DNA from: Rickettsiales bacterium
Lineage (GTDB): Bacteria > Pseudomonadota > Alphaproteobacteria > Rickettsiales > UBA3002
Assembly (NCBI GenBank): GCA_028281385.1
Contig: JANQJY010000049.1
Coordinates: forward strand, 73,774 to 137,773
Direction of reading: 5' to 3'
Length of the DNA stretch: 64,000 nt
The notes beneath the pieces are model-generated. The model was not told the origin of the DNA. It saw only the letters and a list, made by a program, of their open reading frames with translations, and ran no database searches. The translations under genes and the position numbers were made by a program. Positions 11,611 to 23,829 of this stretch are shown here, in pieces (the stretch's first letter is position 1; each line of letters starts with the position of its first letter).

Positions 11611-12551
11611 ATACTATGATCACTCAGGCGGCGCAGAATATCATCGAGCTGCGTCAGCGACTGATAGCTGATAATCACATCGCCCTGCTGTCCGCCATAA
11701 TCATTGATTCTGACTTTCAGCCCCAGATTCTGTGACAAATTTTCTTCCAGCGCCAGGATATCATTATCTTTCGTTACAGCTTTGCGTTTTGGGTGATGAG
11801 GGTTTTTGGAAGGTTTGGCAGAGGGAGGCGTTTCTTCTTCTCCCTTGGCAAGCAGTTCTGCCTGACGGACATTTAGCTCTTCTTTTATAATCTTTTTTGC
11901 CAGTTCCACCGGCTTGTCCGCTGTCAGCAAGGCGCGCGCATGACCCATGGTCAACTCTTCTTTTTCCAGCATGGCTTTGATGACATCCGGCAACCCCAGC
12001 AAACGGAGCAGGTTAGTAATATGGCTGCGGCTTTTACCGACGGTTTGCGCCAATTCTTCCTGCGTATAGGTAAACTCATCGATCAAACGTTGATAACCTG
12101 CGGCTTCTTCCAAGGGAGATAAATCCTGGCGTTGTACATTTTCCACCAGCGCCAGTTCCAGCGCCTGTTGATCGTGGATATCGCGTACCAGGGCAGGAAT
12201 TCTGTCGATTCCAGCCAGTTTTGCTGCGCGCCAGCGGCGTTCTCCGGCAACGATTTCATAGTGGTTCGCTTTATCGGCTAGTGGCCGAACAATGATAGGC
12301 TGCATGACACCATTTTTTTCAATCGAATCGGCCAATTCATGCAGATATTCTTCATTAAAATGCTGACGTGGCTGATATTTTCCTGACTGGATCTGATCTA
12401 TGAGCAATTCACTCATTCCCCCCTGCCCTTCATGGGTTTTTTGTCGTGGAGGTTCTACAGACATCGATTGGCTGTATTCTTCTCCCATCAGGGCCGATAA
12501 CCCTTTGCCCAGTCCTTTTTTATGCGTCTTGCTTGCCGTTACGGTTGCCAT
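11607..12551 (-). CDS. parB: Chromosome partitioning protein ParB
   Basis: GERRWRAA box, an HTH (TQEELAQTVGKSRSHITNLLRLL) and a position downstream of parA. Confidence 0.95.
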   Translation of the reverse strand: MATVTASKTHKKGLGKGLSALMGEEYSQSMSVEPPRQKTHEGQGGMSELLIDQIQSGKYQPRQHFNEEYLHELADSIEKNGVMQPIIVRPLADKANHYEIVAGERRWRAAKLAGIDRIPALVRDIHDQQALELALVENVQRQDLSPLEEAAGYQRLIDEFTYTQEELAQTVGKSRSHITNLLRLLGLPDVIKAMLEKEELTMGHARALLTADKPVELAKKIIKEELNVRQAELLAKGEEETPPSAKPSKNPHHPKRKAVTKDNDILALEENLSQNLGLKVRINDYGGQQGDVIISYQSLTQLDDILRRLSDHSI

Positions 12552-12563
12552 GATCGCCTCCTT

Positions 12564-13358
12564 TTATGCTGCTTCTTTGCTAACGGAGAGAAGGCTCTTC
12601 TCTCGTTTTATCAATTCCTTGGCCAGTTTCAGATAGGCCTGTGAGCCAGCGCATTTCAAATCATAGACCAGCGCTGGTTTACCATGTGACGGGGCTTCAG
12701 ACATCCGCACATTACGTGGGATGACAGTCTTGTATACTGCATCACCCAGATAGGACCGAACATCCTGTTCGATCTGTTCAGTCAGTTTATTTCGACGATC
12801 ATACATCGTCAGAATAACCCCCTGGACTGTCAGATCTGGATTTAGATGTTGTTGCATTAGTTTTATTGTTTTTAATAAATGACTTAATCCTTCCAAGGCA
12901 TAAAATTCACATTGTAATGGAATCAGGACGCTATTGGAGGCAACCAGTGCATTCATTGTTAACAATCCCAGTGACGGCGGGCAATCAAAAATAACGTAAT
13001 CATATTCCCCAATGGCAAAATTCACGATGCGTTTTTTAAGAGTAAATTCCCGTTCACGCAAAGAGACCAACTCTATTTCCGCGCCCGATAAATCAATCGT
13101 TGAAGGAATGATATGCAATTGAGGAATCTCGGTTTTTAAGGGAGTAAAATGATCGCCATCCTCCAATAGCAGATGATAAGAGGTATAATCGCGACGGGCG
13201 GTATCAATCCCCAGACCTGTGCTGGCGTTGCCTTGCGGATCGAGATCAATGATCAATACTTTCTTTCCGATAGCAGCCAATGCGGTTGCCATATTAACGG
13301 TAGTGGTTGTCTTCCCTACCCCCCCCTTTTGATTTACAACGGATAAAATTCGTGTCAT
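12564..13358 (-). CDS. parA: Chromosome partitioning ATPase ParA
   Basis: Deviant Walker A NQKGGVGKTTT, with DLDPQGNAS and DCPPSL blocks. Confidence 0.95.
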   Translation of the reverse strand: MTRILSVVNQKGGVGKTTTTVNMATALAAIGKKVLIIDLDPQGNASTGLGIDTARRDYTSYHLLLEDGDHFTPLKTEIPQLHIIPSTIDLSGAEIELVSLREREFTLKKRIVNFAIGEYDYVIFDCPPSLGLLTMNALVASNSVLIPLQCEFYALEGLSHLLKTIKLMQQHLNPDLTVQGVILTMYDRRNKLTEQIEQDVRSYLGDAVYKTVIPRNVRMSEAPSHGKPALVYDLKCAGSQAYLKLAKELIKREKSLLSVSKEAA

Positions 13359-13966
13359 TTCTCCCTCTCCACTAAATGACTGATATGAAGAATCACACCA
13401 TCAGAATGAGTTTTGCTGGGATGAGTTTGCATAATCCCCTGCCAAGTCGATGCACATTCTTCCCACTCCTTAGCGTAATTCTTTCCTTTTGGGAAGAGAC
13501 AAATGCTGTCTTCATGACAAAAAGGATAAGCCCATGAGAATAATTGGCTTAACGGTGCGCAGGCTCTGGCCGTTATAATGTCATAAGACTGCGGAGCTAA
13601 CATTTCGATCCGCCTGTTATGAATCGTTACATCCAGCGATAATGTTCTGGCCACTTCCTGTAAAAAAATTGATTTTCGTTGATCACTTTCGACTAATGAT
13701 ACCTGTTCCGCACCCAGAATAGACAACACTATTCCTGGAAACCCGGCACCACTGCCGATATCCAATAGTGAAAATGCCGGATCGTCAATAAAGGGAAAAA
13801 GCTGGGCACTATCAAGAAAATGACGTTGCCAGATATCACCGATGGTTTCACGTGAAACCAAATTGATGGACGATTGCCATTTGAGCAGCAGGTCATGATA
13901 AAGAGTGAATTTGTTATAGGTTTCACGTGAAACAGAGCAATGCCGGGAAAAACTGTCAAAATCCAT
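13355..13966 (-). CDS. rsmG: 16S rRNA (guanine527-N7)-methyltransferase RsmG (GidB)
   Basis: VSRET...LLKWQ..INLVS...RHFLDS...DIGSGAGFPG SAM motif. Position between parA and mnmG. Confidence 0.93.
   Translation of the reverse strand: MDFDSFSRHCSVSRETYNKFTLYHDLLLKWQSSINLVSRETIGDIWQRHFLDSAQLFPFIDDPAFSLLDIGSGAGFPGIVLSILGAEQVSLVESDQRKSIFLQEVARTLSLDVTIHNRRIEMLAPQSYDIITARACAPLSQLFSWAYPFCHEDSICLFPKGKNYAKEWEECASTWQGIMQTHPSKTHSDGVILHISHLVEREK
13844..13859. promoter_or_regulatory. parS site (ParB binding), 14/16 match to TGTTTCACGTGAAACA
   Basis: gGTTTCACGTGAAACc is a perfect 16-bp palindrome inside rsmG (encodes VSRET). Confidence 0.8.
13919..13934. promoter_or_regulatory. parS site, 15/16 match to the consensus
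   Basis: gGTTTCACGTGAAACA inside rsmG (second VSRET). Confidence 0.85.
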
Positions 13967-13971
13967 GAGAA

Positions 13972-15843
13972 TCAGCTGGCTTTGGCATGTCGTAAACGCA
14001 TATGCGCCAGCAAGGCTGAAATGGCAGCAGGCGTCATCCCGGGAATTCGCCCGGCTGCGCCAATCGTTACGGGCCGGGAAAGCTTCAGTTTTTCCCTGAC
14101 TTCATTTGACAGAGAATCAATTTTATCATAATCAAATCCATCGGGAATTTTCACATGTTCATCTTTGCGGAAGCTCTGGATATCCATTTCCTGCCGTTCA
14201 AGATAACCATGATAGGTCGCTTCGATTTCGATTTGTTCGCGAATTTCATTGGAGATCATGTTCAGCTCGGGCCAAATACGACAGAGATCGCCATAGGCAA
14301 TATGCGGATAGCTGAGCAAATCAAAAGCGCTCCGTCTTACGCCGTCCATATTTAATGTAATATCATGTTGTGCGGCTTTGTTTGGGGTGATGGTTAAGGT
14401 GCTACATTGCTGCCGGGCTTTAGATAATAATGCTAATTTTCTGTGAAAGTGGTTGGTACGATCAGACTCAACACATCCGATATCAATGCCTTTTTGTGTC
14501 AGGCGTAAATCGGCATTATCCGGACGAAGCGTGAGACGATATTCGGAGCGTGAAGTGAACATACGATAAGGCTCCTTGGTGCCGAGTGTAACCAGATCGT
14601 CAATCATTACACCGATATAGGCATCTGCCCGGTCAAGAATAAATGCGTTCTTTGATCCGGAAGCGAGAAGTGCACCATTAATGCCAGCGATAATGCCTTG
14701 GGCACTGGCTTCTTCATAGCCGGTCGTGCCGTTAATTTGTCCGGCTAGGAATAATCCTTTAATTTTCTTAGTTTCCAAGGTCGGTTTCAATTCACGCGGA
14801 TCGACATAGTCATATTCAATCGCATAGCCGGGGCGCAGAATGTTGGCCTGCTCCAGTCCGGCAATTTGGGCAATCATCGCCTTTTGGACATCTTCGGGAA
14901 GTGAAGTGGAAATGCCATTAGGATAAACCGTATAGTCATCCAGTCCTTCCGGTTCGAGAAAAATCTGATGACGTTCGCGATCGGCAAATCGTACCACCTT
15001 GTCTTCAATCGAAGGGCAATAACGTGGGCCGGTCGATTCAATCTGGCCGGAATACATGGGAGCGCGATGCAGATTATCACGAATGATCTCATGCATTGCT
15101 CCATTGGTGTGGGTGATATGGCAAGTGATTTGCGGAACGGTTACTTTATCTGTCAGATAGGAAAAAGGCTTGGGTGGATTATCACCAGGTTGGGGAATGC
15201 ATTTTTCCCAGTCGATGGTTCGGCCGTCAAGGCGAGCAGGGGTGCCGGTCTTTAATCGGCTCATGGCAAAGCCCAAGCCATAGAGAGTATCGGACATACC
15301 GATGCTGGGTCTTTCACCGACGCGTCCGGCAGGTTCAGTGTGCTCGCCGATATGAATCATGCCCTTGAGAAAGGTGCCGGTGGTGAGAATAACAGTGCCT
15401 GCTTTGTAGATAGTGCTGGAAGCACCAATCACGCCGGTGACATCATTGTCGGTTAATTTCAAATTTTCAGCGCTGTCTTCGATGATGGTCAGAGCAGGGT
15501 ATTCCGATAGAATCGCCTGAACGGCCTCACGGTATAATCTACGATCGGCCTGGGCACGGGGCCCGCGTACGGCAGGGCCCTTGCTTTGGTTCAGGACGCG
15601 ATAGTGAATGCCGGCACGGTCAATGGCGCGGCCCATCACGCCGTCAAGCGCATCGATTTCACGTACCAGCGTGCCTTTGGCAATGCCGCCAATGGCCGGA
15701 TTACAGGACATTTCGCCGATGGTCGACTTTTTATGAGTGAGTAATAACGTCTCGGCTCCCATACGTGCGGCAGCGGCAGCGGCTTCGGTACCGGCATGGC
15801 CGCCACCGATCACAATGACGTCATATGTTTTTTCGTCTGTCAT
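13972..15843 (-). CDS. mnmG: tRNA uridine-5-carboxymethylaminomethyl synthesis enzyme MnmG (GidA)
   Basis: [19 protein letters not shown] motif and full-length GidA blocks. The start is set at MTDEKTYDV. The ORF-track start at 15885 would overlap mnmE and read through the parS site. Confidence 0.96.
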   Translation of the reverse strand: MTDEKTYDVIVIGGGHAGTEAAAAAARMGAETLLLTHKKSTIGEMSCNPAIGGIAKGTLVREIDALDGVMGRAIDRAGIHYRVLNQSKGPAVRGPRAQADRRLYREAVQAILSEYPALTIIEDSAENLKLTDNDVTGVIGASSTIYKAGTVILTTGTFLKGMIHIGEHTEPAGRVGERPSIGMSDTLYGLGFAMSRLKTGTPARLDGRTIDWEKCIPQPGDNPPKPFSYLTDKVTVPQITCHITHTNGAMHEIIRDNLHRAPMYSGQIESTGPRYCPSIEDKVVRFADRERHQIFLEPEGLDDYTVYPNGISTSLPEDVQKAMIAQIAGLEQANILRPGYAIEYDYVDPRELKPTLETKKIKGLFLAGQINGTTGYEEASAQGIIAGINGALLASGSKNAFILDRADAYIGVMIDDLVTLGTKEPYRMFTSRSEYRLTLRPDNADLRLTQKGIDIGCVESDRTNHFHRKLALLSKARQQCSTLTITPNKAAQHDITLNMDGVRRSAFDLLSYPHIAYGDLCRIWPELNMISNEIREQIEIEATYHGYLERQEMDIQSFRKDEHVKIPDGFDYDKIDSLSNEVREKLKLSRPVTIGAAGRIPGMTPAAISALLAHMRLRHAKAS

Positions 15844-15859
15844 AGTTTCACGTGAAACA
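15844..15859. promoter_or_regulatory. parS site, 15/16 match, filling the whole mnmE-mnmG spacer
   Basis: aGTTTCACGTGAAACA occupies exactly the 16 nt between the mnmE stop (15860-15862) and the proposed mnmG ATG (15843). Confidence 0.85.
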
Positions 15860-17203
15860 TTATTTTCCAATGCAAAATCGCCCAAACACGATATCTAATA
15901 ACGCATCGACCTCAATTCTTCCAGTGATTTTACCAATCTCGGTGGCGGCTCGGCGTAATTCTTCAGCGATCAGTTCCAGAGCGGTGACCTGTGAGGCAGC
16001 GCTTAGATGGGTGAGGCAATTTTCCAAAGCAATGCGATGGCGCTTTTGAGTGACGATCGATGGTTCTGATCCGGCAAAATTAGCAGCAATTTTCTTCTTC
16101 ACATGATCGATCATGGTGTCTATTCCGTCGCCTGTATGAATGGAAATGGTGAGCGCATTTTTTGGAATATCAGAGGGCAGATCAGAAGAAGAGAGCTGGT
16201 CTGTTTTATTAAGCAGAACAAGGGTATGATCATCAATTTTCGCTTTGAAATTACTATATGATTCCGGAAACGAGATAATATCAAAAATGGCAATTTTGAT
16301 ATCAGCCATCTCCAGTTTTTCCTTTGCCCGACGGATGCCCTCCTGTTCGATGCTTTCCTCGCTGTCACGAATACCGGCAGTGTCGATCAGAGTGACGGGA
16401 TAGCCGTCGATGTCTAAGTGTAGTTCGATCAGATCGCGGGTGGTGCCGGCAATGTCAGAGACAATGGCAACGTCTCGTTTAGCGAGTGCATTGAGCAAAC
16501 TCGACTTGCCGGCATTGGGTGGACCGAAAATCACGGCAGTGAGTCCGTCGCGAATTTTCTCTCCGATACCCTGATCACCCAGGTGATCATCGATCTCGGA
16601 GACAAGGTGGTCTGTTTTCTGTCGTGATTCTTCCAGCACCGATGTCGGAATCTCTTCATCGGGAAAATCGATATAGGCTTCGATCAATGCCATGATCTCC
16701 ATTATATGCATACGCCATCTATCGAGAATCTGACTATATTCTCCGGAAAATTGTCGAAGCGCCTGACGTTTTTGTGTGACGGTATCAGCATGAATAATAT
16801 CGGCTAGTCCCTCGACTTCATACAGATTCATTTTGCTGTTTGCGAAAGCGCGACGGGTAAATTCTCCTGCTTCGGCGAGACGGCAACGGTCATAATCGGA
16901 TAAAACATTGGTGAGTTCCTGGATGACGGCCCGACTACCGTGAGTGTGGATTTCAATGACGTCTTCTCCGGTAACGCTATGCGGCGCCGGAAAATAAAGA
17001 CAGAGTGCCTCATCAATCAGTTCATTATCATTCGGGTGATAAAGTTTGCAAAGGGTCGCATGGCGTGGAGCAGGGCGGGGGCGATGGGTCAAAGCCTCAA
17101 AAATGTCGGCAATGTTGGTGCCGGAAAGCCGCAATATGGCTATAGCCGAACGCCCTGGCGGCGTAGCCCATGCAAAAATTCTATCCTCATCCGCCGATGG
17201 CAT
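15860..17203 (-). CDS. mnmE: tRNA modification GTPase MnmE (TrmE)
   Basis: G-domain [28 protein letters not shown] and the C-terminal FCIGK. Confidence 0.96.
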   Translation of the reverse strand: MPSADEDRIFAWATPPGRSAIAILRLSGTNIADIFEALTHRPRPAPRHATLCKLYHPNDNELIDEALCLYFPAPHSVTGEDVIEIHTHGSRAVIQELTNVLSDYDRCRLAEAGEFTRRAFANSKMNLYEVEGLADIIHADTVTQKRQALRQFSGEYSQILDRWRMHIMEIMALIEAYIDFPDEEIPTSVLEESRQKTDHLVSEIDDHLGDQGIGEKIRDGLTAVIFGPPNAGKSSLLNALAKRDVAIVSDIAGTTRDLIELHLDIDGYPVTLIDTAGIRDSEESIEQEGIRRAKEKLEMADIKIAIFDIISFPESYSNFKAKIDDHTLVLLNKTDQLSSSDLPSDIPKNALTISIHTGDGIDTMIDHVKKKIAANFAGSEPSIVTQKRHRIALENCLTHLSAASQVTALELIAEELRRAATEIGKITGRIEVDALLDIVFGRFCIGK

Positions 17204-17263
17204 GTTATTATCAATCCGCTAACTATCTCATGATATGTTAAGAGGGTCCTTTTAGCGAAGCCT

Positions 17264-18259
17264 ATGTCAAAAGCAATTGTAATCGATCAACCGGGTGGCC
17301 CTGAGGTCATGCAATGGCGTGAGGTGCCGATACCGGAGCCGGGCGAAGGAGAAGTGCTGCTACGTCAGGTAGCAGTCGGGCTGAATTATATTGATACCTA
17401 TCATCGCCGCGGCATGTATGGCATGAATGATTTTCCGGCGACAATCGGGGTGGAAGGTTCCGGTATTATCGAGAAACTCGGCCCGGGGTGTGAAATGTTT
17501 GAGGTCGGCCAGCGGGTCTGTTATGCAGGCGGTCCTCCCGGTGCCTATGCGCAATACCGCATCATTCCCGAGCGCCATATTCTACAGATTCCCGATACGA
17601 TTTCCAAGCAGTTGGTGGCGGGGATCATGGTCAAGGGCTTAACGGCGCATTATCTCGTCAAACGTACCTTTTTCGTCGATGACCGCACCACCATGCTGGT
17701 GCATGCAGCGGCTGGTGGAGTCGGGCTGCTGCTCTGTCAGTGGGGGCGATTGCTGGGTGCGCGGGTGATCGGCACTGTCGGCAGCGAGGAAAAAGCCGAA
17801 CTGGCGAAGGCCAATGGCTGCGAGCATGTGGTGAATTATAATACCGATAATTTTGTCGACTATGTCATGGATGTGACCGACGGGCGCGGCTGTAATGTCG
17901 TGTATGACTCAGTCGGAAAGGCGACCTTCGCACCGTCACTTGATTGTCTGATGCCCTTTGGTTTGATGGTGAGTTATGGTGAGGCCTCGGGTCCGGTCGA
18001 TCCGCTCGATATTTCCGAGTTACAAAAACGCGGCTCACTTTTTCTGACTAAAACCAGCCTTGAGGACTATATTCAGGATCATGCCGAATATATCGTAGCG
18101 GCAAGTACAGTGTTGCAACTGGTCAGCGAAGGCAATCTGAAAGTTAATGTGAAGCAGAGCTATTATTTATGCGATGTGGTGCGGGCGCATCGCGATCTGG
18201 AAGCGCGCAAGACCATCGGTGCGACGATTTTGCTCACCGATGAGCCGGACCACGCCTAA
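17264..18259 (+). CDS. qor: NADPH:quinone oxidoreductase (medium-chain dehydrogenase/reductase family)
   Basis: 331 aa with the Qor-like blocks GLNYIDTYHRRG and AAGGVGLLLCQW. Confidence 0.85.
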   Translation: MSKAIVIDQPGGPEVMQWREVPIPEPGEGEVLLRQVAVGLNYIDTYHRRGMYGMNDFPATIGVEGSGIIEKLGPGCEMFEVGQRVCYAGGPPGAYAQYRIIPERHILQIPDTISKQLVAGIMVKGLTAHYLVKRTFFVDDRTTMLVHAAAGGVGLLLCQWGRLLGARVIGTVGSEEKAELAKANGCEHVVNYNTDNFVDYVMDVTDGRGCNVVYDSVGKATFAPSLDCLMPFGLMVSYGEASGPVDPLDISELQKRGSLFLTKTSLEDYIQDHAEYIVAASTVLQLVSEGNLKVNVKQSYYLCDVVRAHRDLEARKTIGATILLTDEPDHA

Positions 18260-18274
18260 CATCAAAGGTGATTT

Positions 18275-19873
18275 TCACGTAATTTCATCGAAAGCGGCAG
18301 AAATAAGAGCTTTAGTATAATCCTGTTTGGGATTGGATAACAGGGTTTTAGTAGCTTCTTCTTCGACGATTTTACCCTGTCTCATCACAATGATGCGATG
18401 GCTGATCGCCCTTACGACGCGTAGGTCATGGCTGATGAACAGATAACCGATATCATGTTCTTTCTGAAAATGTTTAAGCAGATCGACAACCTGTGACTGA
18501 ATCGTCAGATCAAGCGCTGAGGTTGGCTCGTCGAGTACGACGAATCCGGGATGCAAAATCATCGCGCGGGCGATATTGATGCGTTGACGCTGTCCACCGC
18601 TGAATTCATGCGGATAGCGGTGGCGCATGGTCTCTTCCAGTCCGACTTCGGCCAAAATCCTGCTTACGGCGTCATCACGATCTTTTTTATTCAGGGAAGG
18701 GCGGTGGACTTCCAGCCCTTCGGCGATAATGTCGCCTACTGTCAGACGCGGATTCAGGCTGGCATAGGGGTCCTGAAACACGATCTGCATCTCGGATCTG
18801 AGCCGACGCAGAGCAGAGGTGGAAAGGTCGTTGACCGGTTTGCCCATAAACACAATCGGCCCGTCACTTTTAATCAACCGCAGCAGGGCCAGTCCCAGTG
18901 TGGTTTTGCCGGAGCCACTTTCGCCGACGATGCCGATGGTCTGGCGCTGTTTAAGTGAGAGTGAAATACCGTCTACGGCTTTGACATGGTCTTTGATACG
19001 GCCGAACATACCACGGCGGATGGGGAAATGCACCTTCAACTGCTCACAGCCGATAATCTCCTCTGCGCCACGTTTGGCGGGCAGGGCGCTGCCTGTCGGT
19101 TCGGCGGCAAGCAGGGTTTTGGTATAGGGGTGTTTGGGTGTACCAAAGAGGGTTTTGGTTTCGCCGGTTTCCACCAGCTCACCGGCCTGCATCACCGCCA
19201 CGCGATCAGCCAGTCGTCTGACGATGGTCAGATCATGGGTGATGAGTAACACTGCCATATTCTGTTCTTTTTGCAGTTTCTTGAGCAGCGAAAGAATTTG
19301 TGTCTGCAGGGTGACGTCAAGCGCGGTGGTCGGCTCGTCGGCAATCAGTAGATCGGGGGTGTTGGCCATGGCCATGGCGATCATCACCCGTTGGCGTTCA
19401 CCGCCGGAGAGTTGATGCGGGTAGGTTTTCAATCGGTTCAGGAATTTTTCCAGCCCGACCATCCTCAGTAGCTCTTTCACCCGCGCCAGTCGCTGTTTAC
19501 GAGGCAGTTGCGGTTGATGAAGCACCAGCATTTCATCGATCTGCTTATCGATGGTATGCAGCGGGTTCAGCGCGCTCATCGGTTCCTGAAAAATCATCGC
19601 CATGCGTTTACCGCGCAGGGTACGTTTCTGTTTGTCTGTTGCCTTTGACAGATCGAGGTCATCAAATAACATATTGTCTGCGGTTATCGCCGCATTATCG
19701 GGCAGTAATCCCATAATGGCCGAGGCGGTGACCGATTTCCCCGAACCCGACTCGCCGACTAGCGCCAGCATCTCGCCCTTGTTGATGGAAAGCGACGCGC
19801 CTTTAACAGCGTGGATGCGCTCTTCTCCCTGCCGGAAGGTGACGGACAGATGATCGATGGCAAGCAGCGTCAT
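18275..19873 (-). CDS. yejF: ABC transporter ATP-binding protein with two fused ATPase domains (YejF type)
   Basis: Two Walker A motifs ([16 protein letters not shown]) and two LSGG signatures. It is the last gene of the yejABEF-like operon. Confidence 0.85.
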   Translation of the reverse strand: MTLLAIDHLSVTFRQGEERIHAVKGASLSINKGEMLALVGESGSGKSVTASAIMGLLPDNAAITADNMLFDDLDLSKATDKQKRTLRGKRMAMIFQEPMSALNPLHTIDKQIDEMLVLHQPQLPRKQRLARVKELLRMVGLEKFLNRLKTYPHQLSGGERQRVMIAMAMANTPDLLIADEPTTALDVTLQTQILSLLKKLQKEQNMAVLLITHDLTIVRRLADRVAVMQAGELVETGETKTLFGTPKHPYTKTLLAAEPTGSALPAKRGAEEIIGCEQLKVHFPIRRGMFGRIKDHVKAVDGISLSLKQRQTIGIVGESGSGKTTLGLALLRLIKSDGPIVFMGKPVNDLSTSALRRLRSEMQIVFQDPYASLNPRLTVGDIIAEGLEVHRPSLNKKDRDDAVSRILAEVGLEETMRHRYPHEFSGGQRQRINIARAMILHPGFVVLDEPTSALDLTIQSQVVDLLKHFQKEHDIGYLFISHDLRVVRAISHRIIVMRQGKIVEEEATKTLLSNPKQDYTKALISAAFDEIT

Positions 19874-20934
19874 ACCGTCCCTTTCATCAACGTCTTTTTC
19901 GGATTGAACGCGTCACGCACTGCTTCGCCGATAAAGATCAGCAGGCTGAGCATCAGCGCTAATATGATGAAGGCGCTAATCCCAAGCCAGGGCGATTGCG
20001 GGTTGTTCTTGCCCTGCGCCAGCAATTCACCGAGCGATGGTGAACCGGGTGGTAGCCCGAAGCCGAGAAAATCGAGTGAAGTCAGGGTGGTGACCGATCC
20101 GCTGAGAATAAAGGGCACAAAAGTCAATACTGAGACCAGCGCATTGGGCAGCACATGACGGCGCATGATGGTGATTTCACCGACGCCGAGCGCTTTAGCG
20201 GCGCGTACATAGTCGAAATTGCGGGCACGCAGAAACTCGGCGCGTACCAGATCGACTAGTGCCATCCAGGAAAATAGCAGCATCAGCCCGAGCAACCACC
20301 AGAAATTCGGCTCGACCACACTGGCAAGAATAATCAGTAGATACAATACCGGCATGCCCTGCCAGACCTCGATAAAGCGTTGCAGGATGAGATCGGTTGC
20401 GCCACCGAAATAACCCTGAATCGCGCCCATAGTAATGCCGATCAGGCTGGAGAAAAGGGTCAGTGTGAGGGCAAACAGAATCGAAATACGAAAACCGTAA
20501 ATTACCCGCGCCAGAACGTCGCGGCCCTGATCGTCGGTGCCAAGCCAGTTGGTGATATCGGGTGCCGACGGCGCGCGCGGTACATCATAGTTAATGCTGT
20601 TGTGGCTATAGGGAATCAGCGGCCAGAGCATCCAGCCATGCCGGTGGATTTCCTCCGCTACCCACGGGTCGGTATAATCCGCTTCCGATTCGAAACCGCC
20701 GCCGAAGGTATCGGTTTCGGTATAGGTATGAAGAATCGGGAATAAAAACTGCTCCTTATAGTAAACCACGATCGGCTTTTCATTGGCAATCAGTTCGGCA
20801 AACAGGCTGAGGCCGAAGAGCAGCAGAAATATCCATAACGACCAGTAGCCGCGGCGATTGGCCTTGAACAGCTGCAGGCGGCGTTTGTTGATGGGAGACA
20901 GGGTAAACATAGGCCTAGCCTTCCCGCCGTTCAA
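19870..20934 (-). CDS. yejE: ABC transporter permease (YejE type)
   Basis: Polytopic membrane protein of the oligopeptide-type permease family. It overlaps its neighbours, as expected within an operon. Confidence 0.85.
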   Translation of the reverse strand: MNGGKARPMFTLSPINKRRLQLFKANRRGYWSLWIFLLLFGLSLFAELIANEKPIVVYYKEQFLFPILHTYTETDTFGGGFESEADYTDPWVAEEIHRHGWMLWPLIPYSHNSINYDVPRAPSAPDITNWLGTDDQGRDVLARVIYGFRISILFALTLTLFSSLIGITMGAIQGYFGGATDLILQRFIEVWQGMPVLYLLIILASVVEPNFWWLLGLMLLFSWMALVDLVRAEFLRARNFDYVRAAKALGVGEITIMRRHVLPNALVSVLTFVPFILSGSVTTLTSLDFLGFGLPPGSPSLGELLAQGKNNPQSPWLGISAFIILALMLSLLIFIGEAVRDAFNPKKTLMKGTV

Positions 20935-22027
20935 AATCGATGCGCGGATCGATCACTACATACATCAGATCGCCGATCAGCTTGAAAATCAGCCCGATCA
21001 GCGTAAAAATGAACAAGGTGCCGAACATCACCGGATAGTCGCGGCTGATCGCTGCTTCAAAGCCGAGCAGTCCCAGTCCGTCGAGCGAAAAAATCACCTC
21101 GATCAGCAGGGCGCTGGTAAACAGAATACCGAGCAGGGCGCCGGGAATGCCGGCAATGATAATCAGCATGGCATTGCGGAACACATGGCGATAGAGAATA
21201 GCTTTTTCGCTGAGGCCCTTGGCACGTGCGGTCATGACATAGAGCTTGCCGATTTCCTCGATGAAGGAGTTTTTGGTCAGCAGGGTCAGCCCGGCGAAAC
21301 CGCTGATGACCATAGCGGCGATCGGCAGGGCCAGATGCCAGAAATAATCGAGGATTTTATCCGGCCAGCTTAATTCAGCCCAGTTGTCCGAGACCAGCCC
21401 GCGTAGCGGAAACCACTGAAAATAACTGCCGCCAGCAAATAGGATGATCAGCAGAATTGCAAACAGGAAGCCGGGAATGGCCTGACCGATGACCACGGCG
21501 CTACTGCTCCAGACATCGAAGGGCGTGCCGTCGCGCACTGCCTTGGCCACGCCGAGCGGGATTGAGATAAGATAGATCAGCAATGTCGTCCATAATCCGA
21601 GTGAAATCGATACGGGCAGCTTGTCGAGAATCAGATCGACCACGGGTTCATCGCGAAAGAAACTGGTGCCGAAATCCAGTGTCAAATAATCACCCAGCAT
21701 TTTGATAAAGCGTTCATGCGCGGGTTTGTCGAAGCCATACATCTGGTGAATATCGGCGATGAGGTCTGGATCCAGCCCGCGTGCGCCGCGATACTGGCTT
21801 TGCTGGAGCTGAAGCTGCCGGCCTTGGGTGGCGCCGCCTGAAAAGTCGGAAGACGGGCCGCTGATACGGCTGGTGGCGCCATGCTGCGCGTCCACGGTGG
21901 TGAGTTGTATGATCAACTGTTCTACCGGCCCGCCGGGCGCGGCCTGCACAATGATGAAATTGAGCAGCATAATGCCCAGCAAAGTCGGGATAATCAGCAG
22001 CAGACGGCGGATGAGATAGGCGGTCAT
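20915..22027 (-). CDS. yejB: ABC transporter permease (YejB type)
   Basis: The N-terminus [37 protein letters not shown] is typical of the YejB/DppB family. Confidence 0.85.
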   Translation of the reverse strand: MTAYLIRRLLLIIPTLLGIMLLNFIIVQAAPGGPVEQLIIQLTTVDAQHGATSRISGPSSDFSGGATQGRQLQLQQSQYRGARGLDPDLIADIHQMYGFDKPAHERFIKMLGDYLTLDFGTSFFRDEPVVDLILDKLPVSISLGLWTTLLIYLISIPLGVAKAVRDGTPFDVWSSSAVVIGQAIPGFLFAILLIILFAGGSYFQWFPLRGLVSDNWAELSWPDKILDYFWHLALPIAAMVISGFAGLTLLTKNSFIEEIGKLYVMTARAKGLSEKAILYRHVFRNAMLIIIAGIPGALLGILFTSALLIEVIFSLDGLGLLGFEAAISRDYPVMFGTLFIFTLIGLIFKLIGDLMYVVIDPRIDFERREG

Positions 22028-23829
22028 TGATGTTGCTCCTCGGCTTCTTTACTCCACCAGCTTTCCAGCCCGAGCCCGTAGGATGGCTCGATCTCGGGAA
22101 TGCCGAATGTGTCCCAATAGAGCGTTCGCCATGCAGCCATATGCCAGTGCGGGATGACATAATGACTCCACAGCAACACACGATCGAGCGCTTTGGCCGC
22201 AGGAGTCAGTTCTTCCAGCGACTGTGCAGAGGTGAGCTTTTCCAGCAAAGAATCAATGACCGGACGCGTCACACCTGCATAATTATTACCGCCGACAACA
22301 TCGGCCTGAGACGAATGCCAGAAGCTGATCTGTTCATTGCCGGGAAAAAACACGCCGCGATTCCACCAGATCGAAATAATGTCGAAATCGCGGTCGTCGA
22401 TACGTTTCTGATATTGCGAATCATCGACATAACGGAAGCTGGCTCTGATGCCGAGGCGTTTCAGATTGTGGATCATGCTGCCGACGACGCGCTCGAAAGT
22501 GCGTTGGCGCATCATGAATTCGATTGTAAGCGGCTCGCCGGTTTCGGCATTCACCCGCACGCCGTCGCGCATCACCCAGCCAGCCATATTGAGCAGATTC
22601 TGCGCTGTCAGCAGATTTTCGCGCGCATGGCCCGACCCATCAGTAACCGGTAGTTTAAATGGTTGGGTAAACAGCTCGGCGGGCAGATCATCCTTATAGG
22701 GTTCGAGTAATGCCCGTTCTTCCTCTGAAGGCAGGCCGGTGGCCATGAAATCGGTGTTTTGGAAAAAACTGTAGCTGCGATCATAAGCGCCGTAGAACAG
22801 CGTTTTGTTCATCCATTCATAGTCCATGGTAAGTCCGATGGCGCGGCGGACGGCTGGATCGGCAAATGTGTCCTTGCGCGTATTGAACAAAAATGCCTGC
22901 ATGCCGCGCGGAATCCTGTGCGGGATTTTGCGCTTGATCAGTTTGCCGGAGTTGACGGCAGGTGTGTCATAAGCCGTGGCCCAGTTGCGGGCGATATATT
23001 CCTCACGGAAATCATACTGACCGGATTTGATGGCCTCGACCGCTACCGTTTCATCACGATACACATCATAGCGGATGTCATCGAAATTATACATGCCTTG
23101 CGCGAAAGGCATGTCTTTTCCCCAATAGTTTTTCACACGCTCAAAGGTGATGGAACGGCCCTGATCGACGGTCTTCACCTTATATGGTCCGCTGCCTAGC
23201 GGTGGAGTGAGAGTGGTTTTGTTGAACTCGACGGTATCGTAATAATGTTTGGGCAACACACTCATACCGGCGGCGATGATGGGAAGTTCGCGATTCTCAG
23301 GATCGGCGAAGTGAAAACGCACCTTGCGTTCGGACAGTATCTCGACGCTGGTGATAGGTTTGTAAATGATGCGATAGGAAGGATGGCCTTCTCCCTTAAG
23401 AATGTTGAGTGAAAAGACCACATCTTCGGCGGTGACAGGAGTACCGTCATGCCAGCGTGCCTGCTTGCGGATGGCAAAATCGGCATGGGAACGATCCTCC
23501 GCCAGTTCGATCGATTCGGCAAGCACGCCGTAAAGCGATTGCGGTTCATCGAGCGAGCCGCTCATCAGCGATTCGAACACCATGCTCATACCCGGTGCAG
23601 CCACGCCTTTTAAGATGAATGGATTGAGATTGTCAAAAGCGGCGATATAGGGGAGTTTTAATGTCCCGCCTTTGGGAGCGTTGGGATTGACATAGTTGAA
23701 GTGGGTGTAGTCGACCGGGTATTTTAATTCACCAAACAGTGCGATACCGTGCTGAGGTGCACCGGCTAGGACGGTAAATGCATTTAAGAAAATGCAGACG
23801 AAAAAAGTAAGCGCAGCCCCGCGAGCCAT
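22024..23829 (-). CDS. yejA: Periplasmic solute-binding protein, family 5 (YejA type)
   Basis: 601 aa with a signal peptide and SBP-5 length and blocks. First gene of the operon. Confidence 0.85.
   Translation of the reverse strand: MARGAALTFFVCIFLNAFTVLAGAPQHGIALFGELKYPVDYTHFNYVNPNAPKGGTLKLPYIAAFDNLNPFILKGVAAPGMSMVFESLMSGSLDEPQSLYGVLAESIELAEDRSHADFAIRKQARWHDGTPVTAEDVVFSLNILKGEGHPSYRIIYKPITSVEILSERKVRFHFADPENRELPIIAAGMSVLPKHYYDTVEFNKTTLTPPLGSGPYKVKTVDQGRSITFERVKNYWGKDMPFAQGMYNFDDIRYDVYRDETVAVEAIKSGQYDFREEYIARNWATAYDTPAVNSGKLIKRKIPHRIPRGMQAFLFNTRKDTFADPAVRRAIGLTMDYEWMNKTLFYGAYDRSYSFFQNTDFMATGLPSEEERALLEPYKDDLPAELFTQPFKLPVTDGSGHARENLLTAQNLLNMAGWVMRDGVRVNAETGEPLTIEFMMRQRTFERVVGSMIHNLKRLGIRASFRYVDDSQYQKRIDDRDFDIISIWWNRGVFFPGNEQISFWHSSQADVVGGNNYAGVTRPVIDSLLEKLTSAQSLEELTPAAKALDRVLLWSHYVIPHWHMAAWRTLYWDTFGIPEIEPSYGLGLESWWSKEAEEQHQ

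Noticed and set aside
15844-15885. N-terminal extension of mnmG to the ORF-track start at 15885.
   Set aside because: The extension would overlap mnmE by 26 nt and consists of the parS palindrome (NVSRET). The conserved GidA N-terminus begins at [18 protein letters not shown].
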